From NCBI RefSeq assembly GCF_009914755.1, contig NC_060925.1: DNA of 64,000 nt. One strand, given 5' to 3'. Positions 1 through 14,349 of the stretch are shown one piece after another. The notes under the pieces were generated by a model, which worked only from the letters and a program-made list of their open reading frames with translations, was not told the DNA's origin and did not search any database. The DNA comes from the human T2T-CHM13v2.0 reference genome, Homo sapiens. Each line of letters begins with the position of its first letter. Position 1 is the stretch's first letter. Made by a program: the position numbers and the translations under genes.

Positions 1-320
1 GTGAGTATATCAGAGTAGGAAAGTAGGGCTGCAGAGGACAGGACAGTCTCTACAGAGGACTGAGATGAAAACTCACAGTGAAAAATGAGTAGGGATTATA
101 TCATTAGAGAGGAGAAGGAGGCATTGCAAACAATAGAAAAAGAAAAAAGAAAAGGAGGTGGGAATGTATGCAGATATCAAGGAGGCAATGCATAGTTTAT
201 TCTGGATGATCCAGAGTGTTCAAATCACATAGACCAAGTTGAGAGCAGACTGAGCAATGCATTGAGACTGTCCTAAAGAACTTTGATATTATTCTCCAGA
301 TTGCAGGAAATCAACCATGC

Positions 321-620
321 ATTTTATTCATTCATTTATCCAGTTCACACTTATGGAGCACATACTGTGGACCAAGAACAAGTATCAGCTGCGAGCTCAG
401 AAATCCATGAGATTAGTCCTTGCTCTTCAAGCTTTCACTGTCCAGTAGGGAGAGCCCCATAGAATCAGATAATAACACAAATTAGGAAATTCTGTGATGA
501 AATTTTGAACAAGAAAAGTGGAGGCCAGAGGAAGCAGCACTTGGCTCTCCTTAGAGGCACTAAGGAAAAACTCCGCAAAGCTGAACTCCTTGAGCTGGGA
601 CTTCAAAAGGGGTGGACAGA
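321..620 (-). mobile_element. L2 LINE 3' fragment
   Basis: ATTCATTCATTTATCC...GAGCACATACTGTG resembles the reverse complement of the L2 3' terminus; highly diverged. Confidence 0.6.
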
Positions 621-704
621 CTGAACGAAGGCTCTGTGCTGCACTCTGTGGTCATACAGGGCTGCCTCCCACTTCTTTCCTTTCTCAACCATCATGTGTC
701 ATGA

Positions 705-860
705 GTGAATGAAGGAATATGGAAAGAAGGAAGGCAGGAAAGGAAGGAGAATGGGAGGAGGGAAAGAAAAAGGAAGGTAAGGAGAAAAGGGGAGAAGGAA
801 AGAAGAAAGAAGAGGGAGAGAAAGTAGAGGCTATAGGAGGGGAGGAGGGTGGAATGACAT
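705..860. repeat. GA-rich low-complexity polypurine tract
   Basis: Almost only G/A; explains ORFs 719..922 and 692..997. Confidence 0.85.
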
Positions 861-1575
861 TCAGAAGAGGTGACAGAGAGCCCTGCAGAGCATTGTTGTG
901 TGCACATGGATGGCAACCCTAGAACGGGCATATATGGGGTGTCCCACACTGCAGCTCTCAGGGAACAGCAGAAAGATATTCTTCCAGAAAAGGGCAAATT
1001 TTTCTAATATTTTTTGAGTAGACTGTGTGTTGCTGAATGTATGCCTAGTTCTTTGCTCAGGAACAAGTTTTGTCCCCTAGGCAAAGAAAGAGGAGGTGAT
1101 TGGTCCTTGCTCTGGCTTGAGGGGCTCTAAAATTTCCTGCCTCTGTGCTGTCCCACCCTCCTAGGCTGGGATGCTGCAGTTGGCCTGACTTCACCATCTC
1201 ATAACTGCCATCACTCCTGGGTCAGGAAACAAGCAGGGCTCACTGGCTTCAGGGGACCACAGGTAACAGGTGCGTATGTCAGCTCAGAAGCTTTATTGTC
1301 CTTTCTCCAGAGCACGAGAGTCAGCTTTTACAAGGCAAAAGAGGTGGTTGCTTTAGAAGATGAGTCCCACAAGAAAACGTATCTTACTAGGAAAGCTAGC
1401 CTGAGATGACTCCAGAAATGAAAAAGAGGAAGACTAATTTTTTCAAAGCAACTAAAGTCTCAATGTTCAGTAAATAATTTATTTGGATAATTCATTTGCA
1501 AAAAGAAAGCGTTCAACTTCTAGGAGATCAATTAATTCTATGTAAGGAGCGATTACAGTTCAGAAGTAGATTTCA

Positions 1576-1914
<339 letters not shown>

Positions 1915-2984
1915 AGAGAGATTGGCCAACTTGCCAAGATCATCTTCCTTTCTTTTTCATATCTTTATTCTTTCCTTCCTTCCTTCCTCCTGTTCCACCC
2001 TCCTTCCTCCTATTCCATTAAGCATCATTCTTCCATCTCTTACCACCAACTCCTCCCCCTGCCCCAGGTGGAATTCCACCTAAGAAGATCTGTGCTGGCC
2101 TGGGACTCTGAATTAAGTGGGCTTGGGAGTTATGTGGCTTTAGCACCCGCTATAAACAAGTTTCCCTCTCAGTCAGTTTCTTCTTACTACAAGAAGGACC
2201 TCCAGTATGGCTCCTCCTGTGGTTGGATTCCAGGTCACTGCTGTGCCCTGTGTAATTTAGGAACCTCTTTGATTATACAGGTGAATAGCTCTACTTGTTT
2301 CTCGAGCAGATGTTTGGTTGAAGTCCCTTCCCTGTGATTATGACTTGCTTTGGTCAAAAGGAAAGTAAATTGAGAAAGCTGGGTCCAGGAATGAAGAACA
2401 GGGAGGCAGCCACAAGATGAATTTTTGAACTCTCCAGACCACATTTTTGACTATACAATCCCTGAACCAACCTTATTATTAAGTATAATTACCAGCCCCA
2501 GGCATAAGCTACAGAGCCCCTACAGAGGTACTGTAGGTACCCCCAAGTTAAGCTATGTTTTTTTCATGCATGACCATCTTACCAATTGAGGAGTTATGAA
2601 CCCCTGGGTAATCAATTGGGTCAAGGTGGCTCCAAATACCAAAAGACATTGATAGGATACTGAGAAATGTAAAATATCCATCATTAGAACTTAAGAGCTA
2701 AGTATATCCAGGCCTCACTTAAAAACAATACAGATGTGTTTTAATGCAACATGTTTTTTTCCTGACTATTGATTCTTGGAAAATAAAGTTTCTTCCCAAA
2801 CACCTGCATCAGCTCCAGACTGATTAATATGATGGTCCTCTCAGGAGGTGGGAATGGGTATTGGTTTAAGGATGATTAGTCCCTATTTCATATAAGCCAT
2901 ACTGATCAGATAAATTGTTGGCAATAGATCCCTCTCATATAATTGCATTAATAGAAAGCACATGGAAGAGAGCCATTTCAAGGT

Positions 2985-3078
2985 CCAACAGCTCTGTGAG
3001 GTAGATATGATTCTTAATCCTACCTTTCAGGTAAGAAAACCAAGATTTAAGAGAGATTGGCTAACTTGACAAGATAAT
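2985..3078 (-). mobile_element. MIR SINE fragment
   Basis: ACAGCTCTGTGAGGTAG...TTTCAGGTAAGAAAAC matches the MIR core on the reverse strand. Confidence 0.6.
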
Positions 3079-3079
3079 C

Positions 3080-3215
3080 TTCATTTCTTATCTTCCTTCA
3101 TTCCTTCCTCCTTTCTCTCCTTCATTCCTTCCTTCCTTCCTTCCTCCCTCCCTTCCTTCCTCCCTCCCTCTCTTCCTTTCTTTGTTCCTTCCTTCCCTTC
3201 TTCCTCCTTTTCTTT
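3080..3215. repeat. CT-rich (TTCC)n-like tract
   Basis: Polypyrimidine run at the tail end of the adjacent L2. Confidence 0.85.
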
Positions 3216-3865
3216 ATACACTATATGCAAGTCTCTATAAGCACAACAGAGAACAAACAAGACAGAAAGTCCTGGCCCTTATGGACCTCACATTCCAGTG
3301 GGGGGTAAAACAATTTTATCTACATAATATGCTACGATAATGCCAGGTAAAGAAGAGCTTTGTAAAATAATAATAAATGGGACAAGGATAGAGAGTGGGG
3401 ATGGTGGTAAAAAAAAAAAAAAAAGGGCTTTTATTTAATACAGATGCTCAGAGAAGTCCTCTCTAACAAGATGACATTTGAGGAGAGACTTGAATGAAAG
3501 ACAGGAGGGGCAAATGAAAAACATGCTTGGCAAGTGTGAGGAAGACCAAGAAGGCCACTGTTACTGGAGAAGAGGACAGGAGAGAGAATGATAGGAAAAG
3601 TAGCCAGAGCACATATGTATAGCGTCTTGGAAGCCACAGTAAGGATTTGGATTTCAAATGTGTAATGAGAACGTACCAGTTGCTGGGGAAGGCTGTAAAT
3701 GGACAATAGTGGAAGCAGTTGGTGGGGGTGGGAGGGCAAGTTGGTGTTTTGAATAGAAAGCCACGCAGTAGTCCATGCTTGGGCCAGGGTGGTAATGAGA
3801 AAGGTAGTGATAATTGGCTGGATTCATGTTATCTCTGAAGCTAGGACCATAGGATTTGTCTCAGG
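3216..3865 (-). mobile_element. L2 LINE fragment
   Basis: GAACAAACAAGACAGAAAGTCCTGGCCCTTATGGACCTCACATTCCAGTGGG and ATGACATTTGAGGAGAGACTTGAATG are typical L2 reverse-strand motifs. Confidence 0.75.
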
Positions 3866-4404
3866 ACACAACGAAGTCTAGACTTTAACCCAGGCAAGTT
3901 GGCAACAGCCCCACATACCCACCCTCTGGCCAACACACTAGACAGTAAGTAGGTTTTAGTCTCACTGCAGCCACCCCCTCAATCCTCCTATTTCTATTAC
4001 CCCCGTGCTCTCTGCTGCCACCTAGTGCCCATGTGCTGCCTTCAACTCCTCCCAGCCCTTGCCCTGAGTGGGGTGCCCATCAAATACTTAGGAAGAAAAT
4101 GTCACTTCTCTGGGCCTCAGTTTCTTCATCTGTGAATGTTAGGGCTGGGATAATTGCCCCTAAAGCCATTTTCAATTCTTACTTTCCACGGTCGTGATCT
4201 CTTCCCTATGATGTAGGCAGGGAAAATGTTAAGATTATGGCTACCTATGTTTTCCCTGTAGGAATATATTTTTTAAATGTTGCCTTGGCAGTTCTTGAGC
4301 ACCCTGCTCTAGTGCTCAGAAAGAATCAAGGTGCTCTGGAATCATTAGGTCTTGTTGCAAAGTTGGGATTAAACTAATTAACATTATATAAAATCTAAAA
4401 TTGA

Positions 4405-5007
4405 GTACCTTGAAAGAGAGTTTGGTTGCTCTCCAAAAAATTAAATAAAGAATTCCTGTGTGACCTAGCAATTCCATTCCTAGGTATATATTCAAAATAA
4501 TTGAAAATAGGTACTCAAACAGACCTTGGTACACGAATGTTCACAGCAGTGCTATTCAGCGTAGCCAAAAGTTAGAACAATCCAAATGTTCACCAACAGA
4601 TGAATGGATAAACAAAATGTGGTATACCCATAAAATGAAATATTACTCTGCCATAAAAAGGAATGAAGTGTTGATAAATGCTACAGTATGGATGGACCTC
4701 AAAACATTATGGCAAATTAAAGAAGCCAGACTCACAAGCTGACATATTGTAGGATTTTATTTATATGAATTATCCAGAATAGATAACCCATAGAGACAGA
4801 AAGCAGATTGATGGTTGCCAGGGACTGAGTAAAGGGTGGAAATGGGAAGTGACTGCTTAATAAGTACAGGGTTTCTATGGGGTAATGAACATATTTTGGA
4901 ACTTGATAGAGATGCTGGTTGCACAGCAATATGAAAGTATTAAACGCCACTAAAATGTACAACTTAAAACGGCTAATTTTGTTATGTGGATTTCACCTCA
5001 TTAAAAA
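4405..5007 (+). mobile_element. L1MB-type LINE-1 3' end
   Basis: GACCTAGCAATTCCATTCCTAGGTATATA, CAGATGAATGGATAAACAAAATGTGGTATA and GTGACTGCTTAATAAGTACAGGGTTTC; ends in an A-rich stub. Confidence 0.9.
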
Positions 5008-5029
5008 TGTTGATGTAAAGGTAAAAGTG

Positions 5030-5152
5030 TTGATTCACTTCCTCAGTCCCACTAGGCTCATTTCAAATGCTCAGTGGCTAGCGGCCAACATATTGGGCAG
5101 CACAGATGTGGAATATTTACATCATTGTAGAAAGTTCTCTTGGACAGCACTG
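5030..5152. mobile_element. MER3-like hAT-Charlie DNA transposon end
   Basis: CATTTCAAATGCTCAGTGGCTAG...AGAAAGTTCTCTTGGACAGCACTG terminal segment. Confidence 0.75.
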
Positions 5153-5364
5153 ATTTAGACAATACATGGTCTCTGACACGACCGTGGGGAGGTTGCGGGA
5201 GTAGAGGAGGAATGAAGGCATTGGAGGAATGAAGGCAGGAGTAGAGGAGGAATGAAGAGAGTTCACATTGGTTCGTGCGCTTCGTGGAGGCTCCATGTGC
5301 ACCATGGAATGTACTGTTCTCCCTCGCAGAGTGGAGAGCCTCCTCAGTGCTACTTTCCAACAAA

Positions 5365-5383
5365 TGCCCACCAGAGGGCACTC
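5365..5383 (+). promoter_or_regulatory. Candidate CTCF binding site
   Basis: TGCCCACCAGAGGGCACTC fits the core CCASYAGRKGGCRC at every position; motif evidence only. Confidence 0.6.
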
Positions 5384-6291
5384 TCACACCCCAGAAAACA
5401 GAAAACTAAAAGGACGTCAGAGTGCAGGGACTTAACATTTTTAGCATCCAGAACTAAACTAGTGGTAATAGAAGTTCATGGAAAGCAAACACTATATGAG
5501 AAGTTCCATGTAAACTCTCCCACTCTGACTTGAGAAATTGTTCATTTTGGGGGGAAGCTTTCCTTCTTGGCTATATTGGGTCTCAGCCCAACGTGAATTT
5601 GATGAGTATGTAGAAAGGTTGCATGTGTACTAAATGCAAATGTACGAGCTAAAGGCTAGAGTCCTGTGGCCCAGGGATGAAGTTGTCCATCCTTGCCCTG
5701 CTGCTTTGTTTGCTCCCGTTTTCCAAAGCTCTTGCCGACAGCTTAATGGCTGGTGGGCTGTGCTACCATTAAACCACCATGGGAAATTAAAACTCTACAA
5801 GCATTCAGTGTGGTAACTCTCTAACTAAGGCAGCAAGCCTTTGCTTAAAATAAAATAAAAGAAAAATGTCTGCTTCCAGGGTAGGAACTATACCTAAAGC
5901 ATGATTTTAAAAAACATTTGAAAATTATTATCTCTTCTGGTGAGCATTCTGGTGAGCCAGTGTGAGCATTTATACTTCATTGTTTGAGTTTTTGCATGAA
6001 TCTTCTCCAAAGCTCTTGCAATCAGAAAGTTAACCAGGATGATAGTTTGGCTCTGACATTGCTGGCGTCTTGCAAATCTAAATGTGAAAAACCGATCTGG
6101 CAGTTTTACACTTGGAGAATAACATTGTATAGGACTCAACTATTGCCTCTACCATTTGGCTCTTGCGACACTAAGACATTTTTCCTTCTCAGAATTTGGA
6201 AATGTTTTGGGTTAAAAAAAAATAAACTCACACTTCTCTAGATCTGGAAGAGCTATTTCTGCAAACTCTTCGGGACAGGGTATAAATGTAG

Positions 6292-6719
<428 letters not shown>

Positions 6720-8737
6720 TGGAGCATTCTTTACTAATTCTCAGCTCTCTGGAAAAAGTGGACAAAACCAGGCTTTGGCCTTGGGTTAATATCTGCCAGA
6801 GGTGTTACAAAGAGGGAAAATTACTAGCTGTTACTCAACGGAGTATTTAGAAAGAAGATATTTTAATATTGTCCTTTTATCTAGTGTCTTATCATTGTTT
6901 GTAGGTATGCAAATTTTATATTCACCTATTTTGTAATATACATGCTTTTTAGTTCCTGAAACCCAAGACCAAAATGCCATTTAAATCTCAAAGGACCATC
7001 ACCTCCTCACTTTCCCTAGGTGACATTAAATATCTTCAGCTCTCAAAAGTATTGCATACTTTTGAGCGGCATGCAGGCCAATAAGCTGAAATGGGCTGGA
7101 AAGCAGGGAATCACTAGCCAACTCATGCCCATTGGCACAATTTTAATCTATGTTTTAAAACAAAATTTTCAAAAGAGAGAAAAATATATGCAGCATTTAC
7201 CGAAGAATGTTTCACACACATGCACAAGAAAAAAAACAGTCTGAGAAGGATTGAGGGGAAAAGCGTACTCGGTGGTCAAATAAATTTGGAAAACACTAAG
7301 TGTTCACTTTTTCTCTTGGCCATTCACAATTTATATCTATATGGTAAAGGTCTTGAGAAACTGCATGTAGCAGAAGTTATTAATGCTCTACCCAGATCCT
7401 TGGAGATCTTTTACAGTTCTTTGTGCTCATCCCAAGCTTTGGCATTCTTCACAACTTTCTTCAGAGTATTGGCGGATGCACAGAAAGCCTAAAGTACCTG
7501 AGAATTCACAGTCCCTCAGGAGGCTCATGGTCAATGACGACAATGATGGGCAGATGTTGAGAAGCCTAACCCTTTGCCTTTAAGTAGAACAAACTCTGTG
7601 AAATACTTCAAGCCCCAGAGCTGCCTGGGCCTAAGTGATCACCTGAAATGGCACCTGGTCTTCGTTTCTCCCTTCCCTATCCTATTTCCTACTTCATTGG
7701 CTGCTTTTGGGAGCACTTTTTTCATAAGTTCCTTGCCCATATGTCCTCACTTCAAGGTCTGCTTCTGGAGAACCTGACCCACCATGCTACAAGGAACCCC
7801 ATTCAATTTTGTTTAACTCAGGGTTTTAGTCATGCATTCATTAAACAAACTTTTACTGAGTTCCTATTGTGTGTCCATGTGTCCTAAAAGTACTGGACCG
7901 TGGATGGCTAATCATTGGCCGATTCATCCCACCGAGCGTGAATGGGTGAGTTTTCTCTCCCATGTAACACCTTTCAGATTTGGGGGAAACTAAAATGCCA
8001 AGGAATTCACTTTCGGAAATGCTGACATACAGAATTAGATTTGGCACACGTAAGTCACACTCTCAAACCATGTTGTACATTCCTCAAGGGAAAACCGTGG
8101 AGGTGCCTTTCTTTTTATCCACGTTATCATTGCTCAACCCTGACTTGCACCTTGAATCGCATCTCAAGCAGTTGTAATGGAACATGCTCTGGACATGGAC
8201 TCAGAACTCCTGAGTTCTCATTCATCTTCAAGAAGTGAGGGGAAGCTGGAGGAGAGACAACCTGGTGATTAAGATGTGATGCTGGTAAACGTGGGGAAGG
8301 CTAAAGTCAATTTTGTGGAAGAATACAGTTTTGGCCACCTGGCAATTTTGGAAAAGATTTACAAAAGAGTGTTGCATAATAATTTCTCTCAAGAAGCTCA
8401 AAGTTCATCCCAGATGTGGTATAATCCATCTCCAAACATCCCTATGAAGCAGAAAGCATTTTAGAAGCTCACAGTGTGATTTTTAAAGTCTGTTTGATCA
8501 GTTCATATAACTTGGCAGTCAACGCTTATGTTTGATGTCACATAGGAAAACTACCCAGGTGTTTTGAGGCTGGATTGACTGGGGAAAAACAATCTGAAGG
8601 TGGAAGTGGAGTCAGGAGACACGCTTTCTGTCCCCACCTTTTCTCTGCCTGTCTTTCTCAATTGAGCACACTTCATAGAAGTTTGATGTGACAGGATTAT
8701 AGCTAAGCCAGGGTCTCTTAAAAACTAAGCTTGGTCA

Positions 8738-9085
<348 letters not shown>

Positions 9086-9769
9086 CCTGTTCCTTATACT
9101 TTTAAGAGAAAGGATTAAAAAAAACAGATGATCAAATTGTAGGTAATATGGTATATATGTGCATATCTGCATTCTGGTCATATCCTAAAAGGCTAAAAAT
9201 GCCTGCCCTAGGTAAATGGAGGAGAGTAAAGACTCAGAGCAGGTCTTTGGAGTTGGTGACCACTTGGAGAACTGTTTCAACAAAGCAGAAACCTAACTTC
9301 CAGGTTAAGGAGTGTGTGGTGGTTGCGTGCAAGCCCCCAAGCAACTCCAAATAGGGTGATATGTGATCAGAGTCAAATGAAGGACACAAATAATCAGAGG
9401 GTTAAGGATTCAGAACAGGAAAGATGCTATAGAAATGGCAGGGTCATAACAATGTATCAGGAAACATTAAGGCTTGCAATGGGCCTGAAGGTAAATCTGA
9501 GGAGCTTGGTTATAGATTTTAAGAGTCTCATCCCAGGGAATTCCCTGCCTGTTTACTCTGAAGAGAAGGTGCTCTGAAATTCTAATCTTCACTCTTCTAA
9601 GTGAAAAATCCTGGAAACTCTTCCAAGACTTGCACCTTAGACCAATCATCATGGTCTGCTGTTGACTTTCCTATCATCTGATCTTTTGCCTCATTTGCTG
9701 TTCATCCCATATTATCTTTCACTTGCCCATGACCCCTCCTCAGTGGTGGACTTTTATTACCTGCTAAGG

Positions 9770-9998
9770 GCTATTTTCCTGCTTCATAGATGGTACCTTC
9801 TCATTGAGTCCTTACGCAGTGGAAGGGGCAAGGCATCTCTCTGGGTCTTCTTTTACAAGGGCACTAATTCCATTCATGAGAGTGGAGCCCTGATGACCTG
9901 ATCACGTCCCAAAGGCCCTACCTTCTAATACCATCACCTCGGGAGGTAGGATTTCAACGTATAAATTTTGGGCAAATAGAAGTATTCAGATCACAGCA
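9770..9998 (-). mobile_element. MLT1A-type MaLR LTR fragment
   Basis: AAGGGCACTAATTCCATTCATGAG...TAATACCATCACC...GGATTTCAACGTATAAATTTTGGG. Confidence 0.85.
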
Positions 9999-10271
9999 GC
10001 ATGTGTGAGGGAAAAGGGACCTGAATCTATGTGTATAGTAATGTCTGGGCACTGACACTGGTATGACCACCTACCACAAGACAAATATTAAATAGGACAA
10101 TGTCTGTAATACTTTGCTAGAAGGCTATACTACAGAAGGGTATAATCCAAGATGAGTGCCGTGATAGAGCTGCAGTTACAGAGCACCCAAACATTATCAC
10201 ACTCTAATCATAATCACGTCTTCCACACCTGACCGGTAGGGAGCACACATGCTGCAGAGGTCAGACATATC

Positions 10272-10515
10272 TTAGTGTAATGGCGGAAGCTTTGTAGTAA
10301 AAGTTAGGTAGCCTGGGTCCAAGTCCCGACCTTACTCCTTTTTAGTTCCGTAACTTTGAGAAAGGGACATAAGGTGTCTAACCTTGGGTTTCCTGTAAAA
10401 TTGGGACAATAAAATTCCTGCCTTGTTTACTTCAAAAGGCTATTGTGAAAATTAAATGAGATAATGAATGTCAAAGCATGTTGCGTACTCTGAAATAGTA
10501 TACAAATGAAAGTTC
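10272..10515 (+). mobile_element. MIR SINE
   Basis: CCTGGGTCCAAGTCCC...TTTCCTGTAAAATTGGGACAATAA...ATTAAATGAGATAATG. Confidence 0.75.
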
Positions 10516-10580
10516 TTGTAATATAATTGATATTTAATTCTCTCCAAAGCAGTGCAAGATGGGGTAAGAATAATCACCAT

Positions 10581-10856
10581 CATAACGGTTAAATTTTTCT
10601 CTTTTATCATGATGTTTTTTGTCACTGAAACATCATTTCAAACTACAGAACAGTTATAAGAAAGTACAAAAAAATGCCCATAACACTTACATTTTTCGCT
10701 TTTATAATATCTTGATTTTTTGTACATCATTTCAAACTACAGGAAAGTTATAAGAAAGTAAAAAAATGCCCATAATAGTTACATTTTTCTCTTTTATAGT
10801 ATCTTGATTTTTTTGTATATCATTTGTAACAGAAAAGTTATAAGAAAGGGGGGGGA
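10581..10856. repeat. Tandem repeat, ~3 copies of a 92-98 bp unit
   Basis: Units start at CATAA 10581, 10679 and 10771; each contains ATCATTT...AGTTATAAGAAAG. Confidence 0.9.
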
Positions 10857-10867
10857 AAACCTATAGG

Positions 10868-11156
10868 TTTGGGAGGCCAAGGAGGGTGGATCGCTTGAGG
10901 TCAGGAGGAGACCAGCCTGGCCAACATGGCGAAACCTCATCTCTACTAAAAATACAAAAATTAGCTGGGCATGGTGATGGGTGCCTGTAATCCCGGATAC
11001 TCGAGGGGCAGGGGGCTGAGGCAGGAGAATCACTTGAACCCGAGAGGAGGAGGTAGCAGTGAGCAAAGATCACACTGATGCACTCCAGCCTGGGTGACAC
11101 AGGGAGACTCTGTCTCAAAACAACAACAATAACAACAACAGCAACAGCAACGAAAA
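10868..11156 (+). mobile_element. AluS, ~35 nt 5'-truncated, (CAA)n tail
   Basis: Begins TTTGGGAGGCCAAGG; both arms present; tail has decayed to CAA/CAG triplets. Confidence 0.92.
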
Positions 11157-13150
11157 GCCCATCGGTCTTTTATCGGGATGCATCACATGCATCAATTAGT
11201 AATGATTTGCCCCATTTGCTTAACCATTTTCTCCCTTGCCCCCTCTCACTGTCTTGCTTTGATTGCATTTATCATGTCCCTTTATCCCTGAATACCTTGG
11301 TATATATTTCTCAAGAACAAGAACATTCTCCTATATCCTCTCAGTACAATTATCAGAATCAGCAAATTTAACATTGATATAATGCTATTATTTAACCCAC
11401 GGTCCATATTCAAATTTTGCCCCTTCTCTCAAACTGTCCTTTACAGCTATTTTTTCCATTCCAGGATCCAATCTACAATGATGCACTTATTATCATGATT
11501 CTTTAAGCCTCCTTTCACCTGAAACATTTCCTCAGCCTTTCTTTGTCCTTCATGATTTGGGTATTTCTGAGGAGTAAAGGCCGGTTGTTTTGTAGAATGT
11601 TTCTTATTTGGGGATTGTCTGGTGTTTCCTCATGACTAAATTCAGGTTGCAGAATTTGGACAGAAATGCCACAGAAGAATGCTATGCCCTTCTCAGTGTA
11701 TCACAGCAGAGGCATGGCTCGTCAGGTTGTCTCGATACTGGTACAGGCAGCTCTGATCACTTGGATAAGGTGATGTCCACCATGTTTCTCCACTGCAACA
11801 TAATTACTATTTTCTCCCTTTGTAGTTAAATATTTGTGGGGAGAAACTTTAACATGATGTAAATATTCTGTTCTTCGTAAAGCTCACAACCACTAATTTT
11901 AGTATTCATTGGTGATTCTTGGCTGAGTGAAGTCTAATGGTCACAAGTGGTAATTTGTTAACGCCGTCCTTTCTTCTACTTTGTAAAGTTAGAATCATAA
12001 GGTGGAACTGTTCCTTCTGCCCCATTTATTTATGTATTTATTCATTTATTTATAGACTCATGGATTCTTCTTTTGCTCAATAAGTTTTAATCCATTAATA
12101 TTATTGCATTTGCTTGGATTCTCAAACATCTCAGATTTGGCTAGTGGGCACCACTTCAATCTGGATCCCCATCGTTTTGACACGCTTCCATCATTTCTTT
12201 GTTAAGCACTTCCTTGCTTTCTGACACAAAAAGCTGGTCCAGGTTTATCTTGTATCTCCTCTGCCCTGTAATTCTCCATTTCTCTGAAGGGATCTAGTCA
12301 GGTTCTCTTTGTGCAGAATCATCTTTAAAAGTCAAGATCTGGACCTCCAGGCATGTGCATTGCTACTGGGGTATCATTGGTTTTAGGCCCTCTTGGTGAA
12401 CTGATATCACTTTAAAACATTTTCCGGTAGTGACTGATGAATATATAGATAAACTCATTGTCCCATGACAGCTCATACATATTTAAACATAATACATACA
12501 TATAATGCTAAACATACATATTAAACCTAATATGCCTATAAAGAAAACATGAATTCGTACTGGTACTTCCATTCAAACCAATGTTACGAGTTTATTCTAG
12601 CCCTTCCCCTTTCCGGATTTGGACCTCCCTTCTCTGACAGTGAAAAACCTGGCTCCCACCTACAACGTATTTACTCATTTGCCCAATGCTTGAACACACG
12701 CACAGAGCAGTTTCAGAATTACTCACCTATGCCATCATGAAAAACAAACACTATTTAGCATTCAATATTTGTTTATAGCTCTTTTTCTCTTTGGATTGGA
12801 GGCATACAGTGAAAATACTGTGTTCAAAAGTTACTTTGATTAGTTTTATTTCCTCCTTCAATATGACTGTTTTTCATATGAAATGCAAATAGATCCAATT
12901 GTTTGGATTTAATTTTATGGTTTTTTTCAGGATTTTTATTGATTTGAATTTTTTGAGTAGTAAAACATTAACTTGCTTCCAAAAGTTAAGATTGTACAAA
13001 AAGGTATTTTTAAAGATGTATCCCTCTCCTCCATCCCAATTCCTTGCACCCCATTCCCACCATGCCCTGTAAATAACTGGTTTCACTACTTTTTGGTTTA
13101 TCCTTCCTGTGGTTCTTTTGGCAAAAATAAGCAGATGCCTGTATATTTCC
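11157..13150 (-). mobile_element. Old L1MC/L1ME-type LINE-1 3' region, fragmented
   Basis: CAAGAACAAGAACATTCTCCTATA, AAATTTAACATTGATATAATGC, TTTTGTAGAATGT and TCACTTGGATAAGGTG are L1MC-like 3' UTR motifs. Confidence 0.75.
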
Positions 13151-14349
13151 TTATAATAGTTAATATTGTAATTATTACTGGCTTACAGAAAAGGCACAAT
13201 CTGTACACACCACAGAAGTCAATGGGATCAGGTTCCATTTCTTCCTGACTCCGAGGAGCCTGTAGGGGTCAGCAGGGGACACAGAGCCAGCTCTCCAGAG
13301 CTGAGTGGATATTACAAGTTCACTGCAGCCTGAACCCACATCCATCAACTGGCTGCTAATCCTTCTTGACAGACATCCCAGAAGAAACTTGATGTGCTAA
13401 CTAGTTCCAGAGTTTAACGAGTGTGAAAGCCAAGGTTTGTATTTTGGAGACTGGAAGTAAAGTGATTTATGTCTGCATTTGACTGACCACGAGAAGTCCC
13501 CAAGAAAGTGGCTGGACTCAGTTGCCTAAATGTTCTTTTTCCTCAGAGGAAAAGCTTAACCTTTTAAGATTTCTTCATTTCTTCCCCGTAAGTCTGTACT
13601 TAGGAGACCCAAGAGCCTCAAGCCTCAAGCCCTTCTTAAAATGCATTTGATATACCACCCCATGCAGGGTGACAATAGCAGGTCTGTCTGCCCGCCTGTC
13701 AGTGGGGCCTCTCAGCCCTGCAGGTGAAGAAAAAGGATGGTGGCTTCACCTGAGTGCACCTGTGCTCACCCGAGCAGAGTCAAGAATGTGAACAATTCAA
13801 GCATTCTCCAGCCTAAAAACTCAGCTGCAATGACTGCGAGTAGCTGGATGTACTTTTTTCTTTAGGTATTCCTCCTTTGTCTTCATTGCTTTCTTGGCAG
13901 AAGGGCGAAGTCAGTGCTGGATGGCAGACAGAAAGCCTCAAATGGCTGTCTTGGCTCAGGCAAGCAGGGCTACAGCAAAGGAGGCAGCTTCAGCTGTTCT
14001 GTACAGACCGGAGAAATATGAGACCACCTGGATATAAAGAAAACCCCACCCTAGACTCTGCCAAGTATGGAGAGGAACAGAGCTATCTCTTCCATCCCCA
14101 ACTCTCAGTGTTTTCTTAAGTCCTTCATACATTTCCACTTTAGTACACTCAGCTGAGAAGTGTAAAGAGATACTCACCCTTAGGGCTAAGAAAAGGTAAA
14201 TTCTCCCCCTCCTCATTCCAGCTGAAACCCTCTCTAGGTTCACAGCAGCCCCCTTGTGCCCCATGAGGCAGACAATTGGGAATAATGTGTTGATAGATGG
14301 TAACATATAGGCGGGAACAATAATGTCCCACTACTGTGGCGCTTTTATA

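Noticed and set aside
1-10. Window begins with GTGAGT, a splice-donor consensus
   Set aside because: The upstream exon cannot be seen and the hexamer is common; no gene can be inferred.
10581-10856. Repeat array as CRISPR-like
   Set aside because: Primate DNA, whole units are duplicated with no unique spacers, and there are no cas genes.
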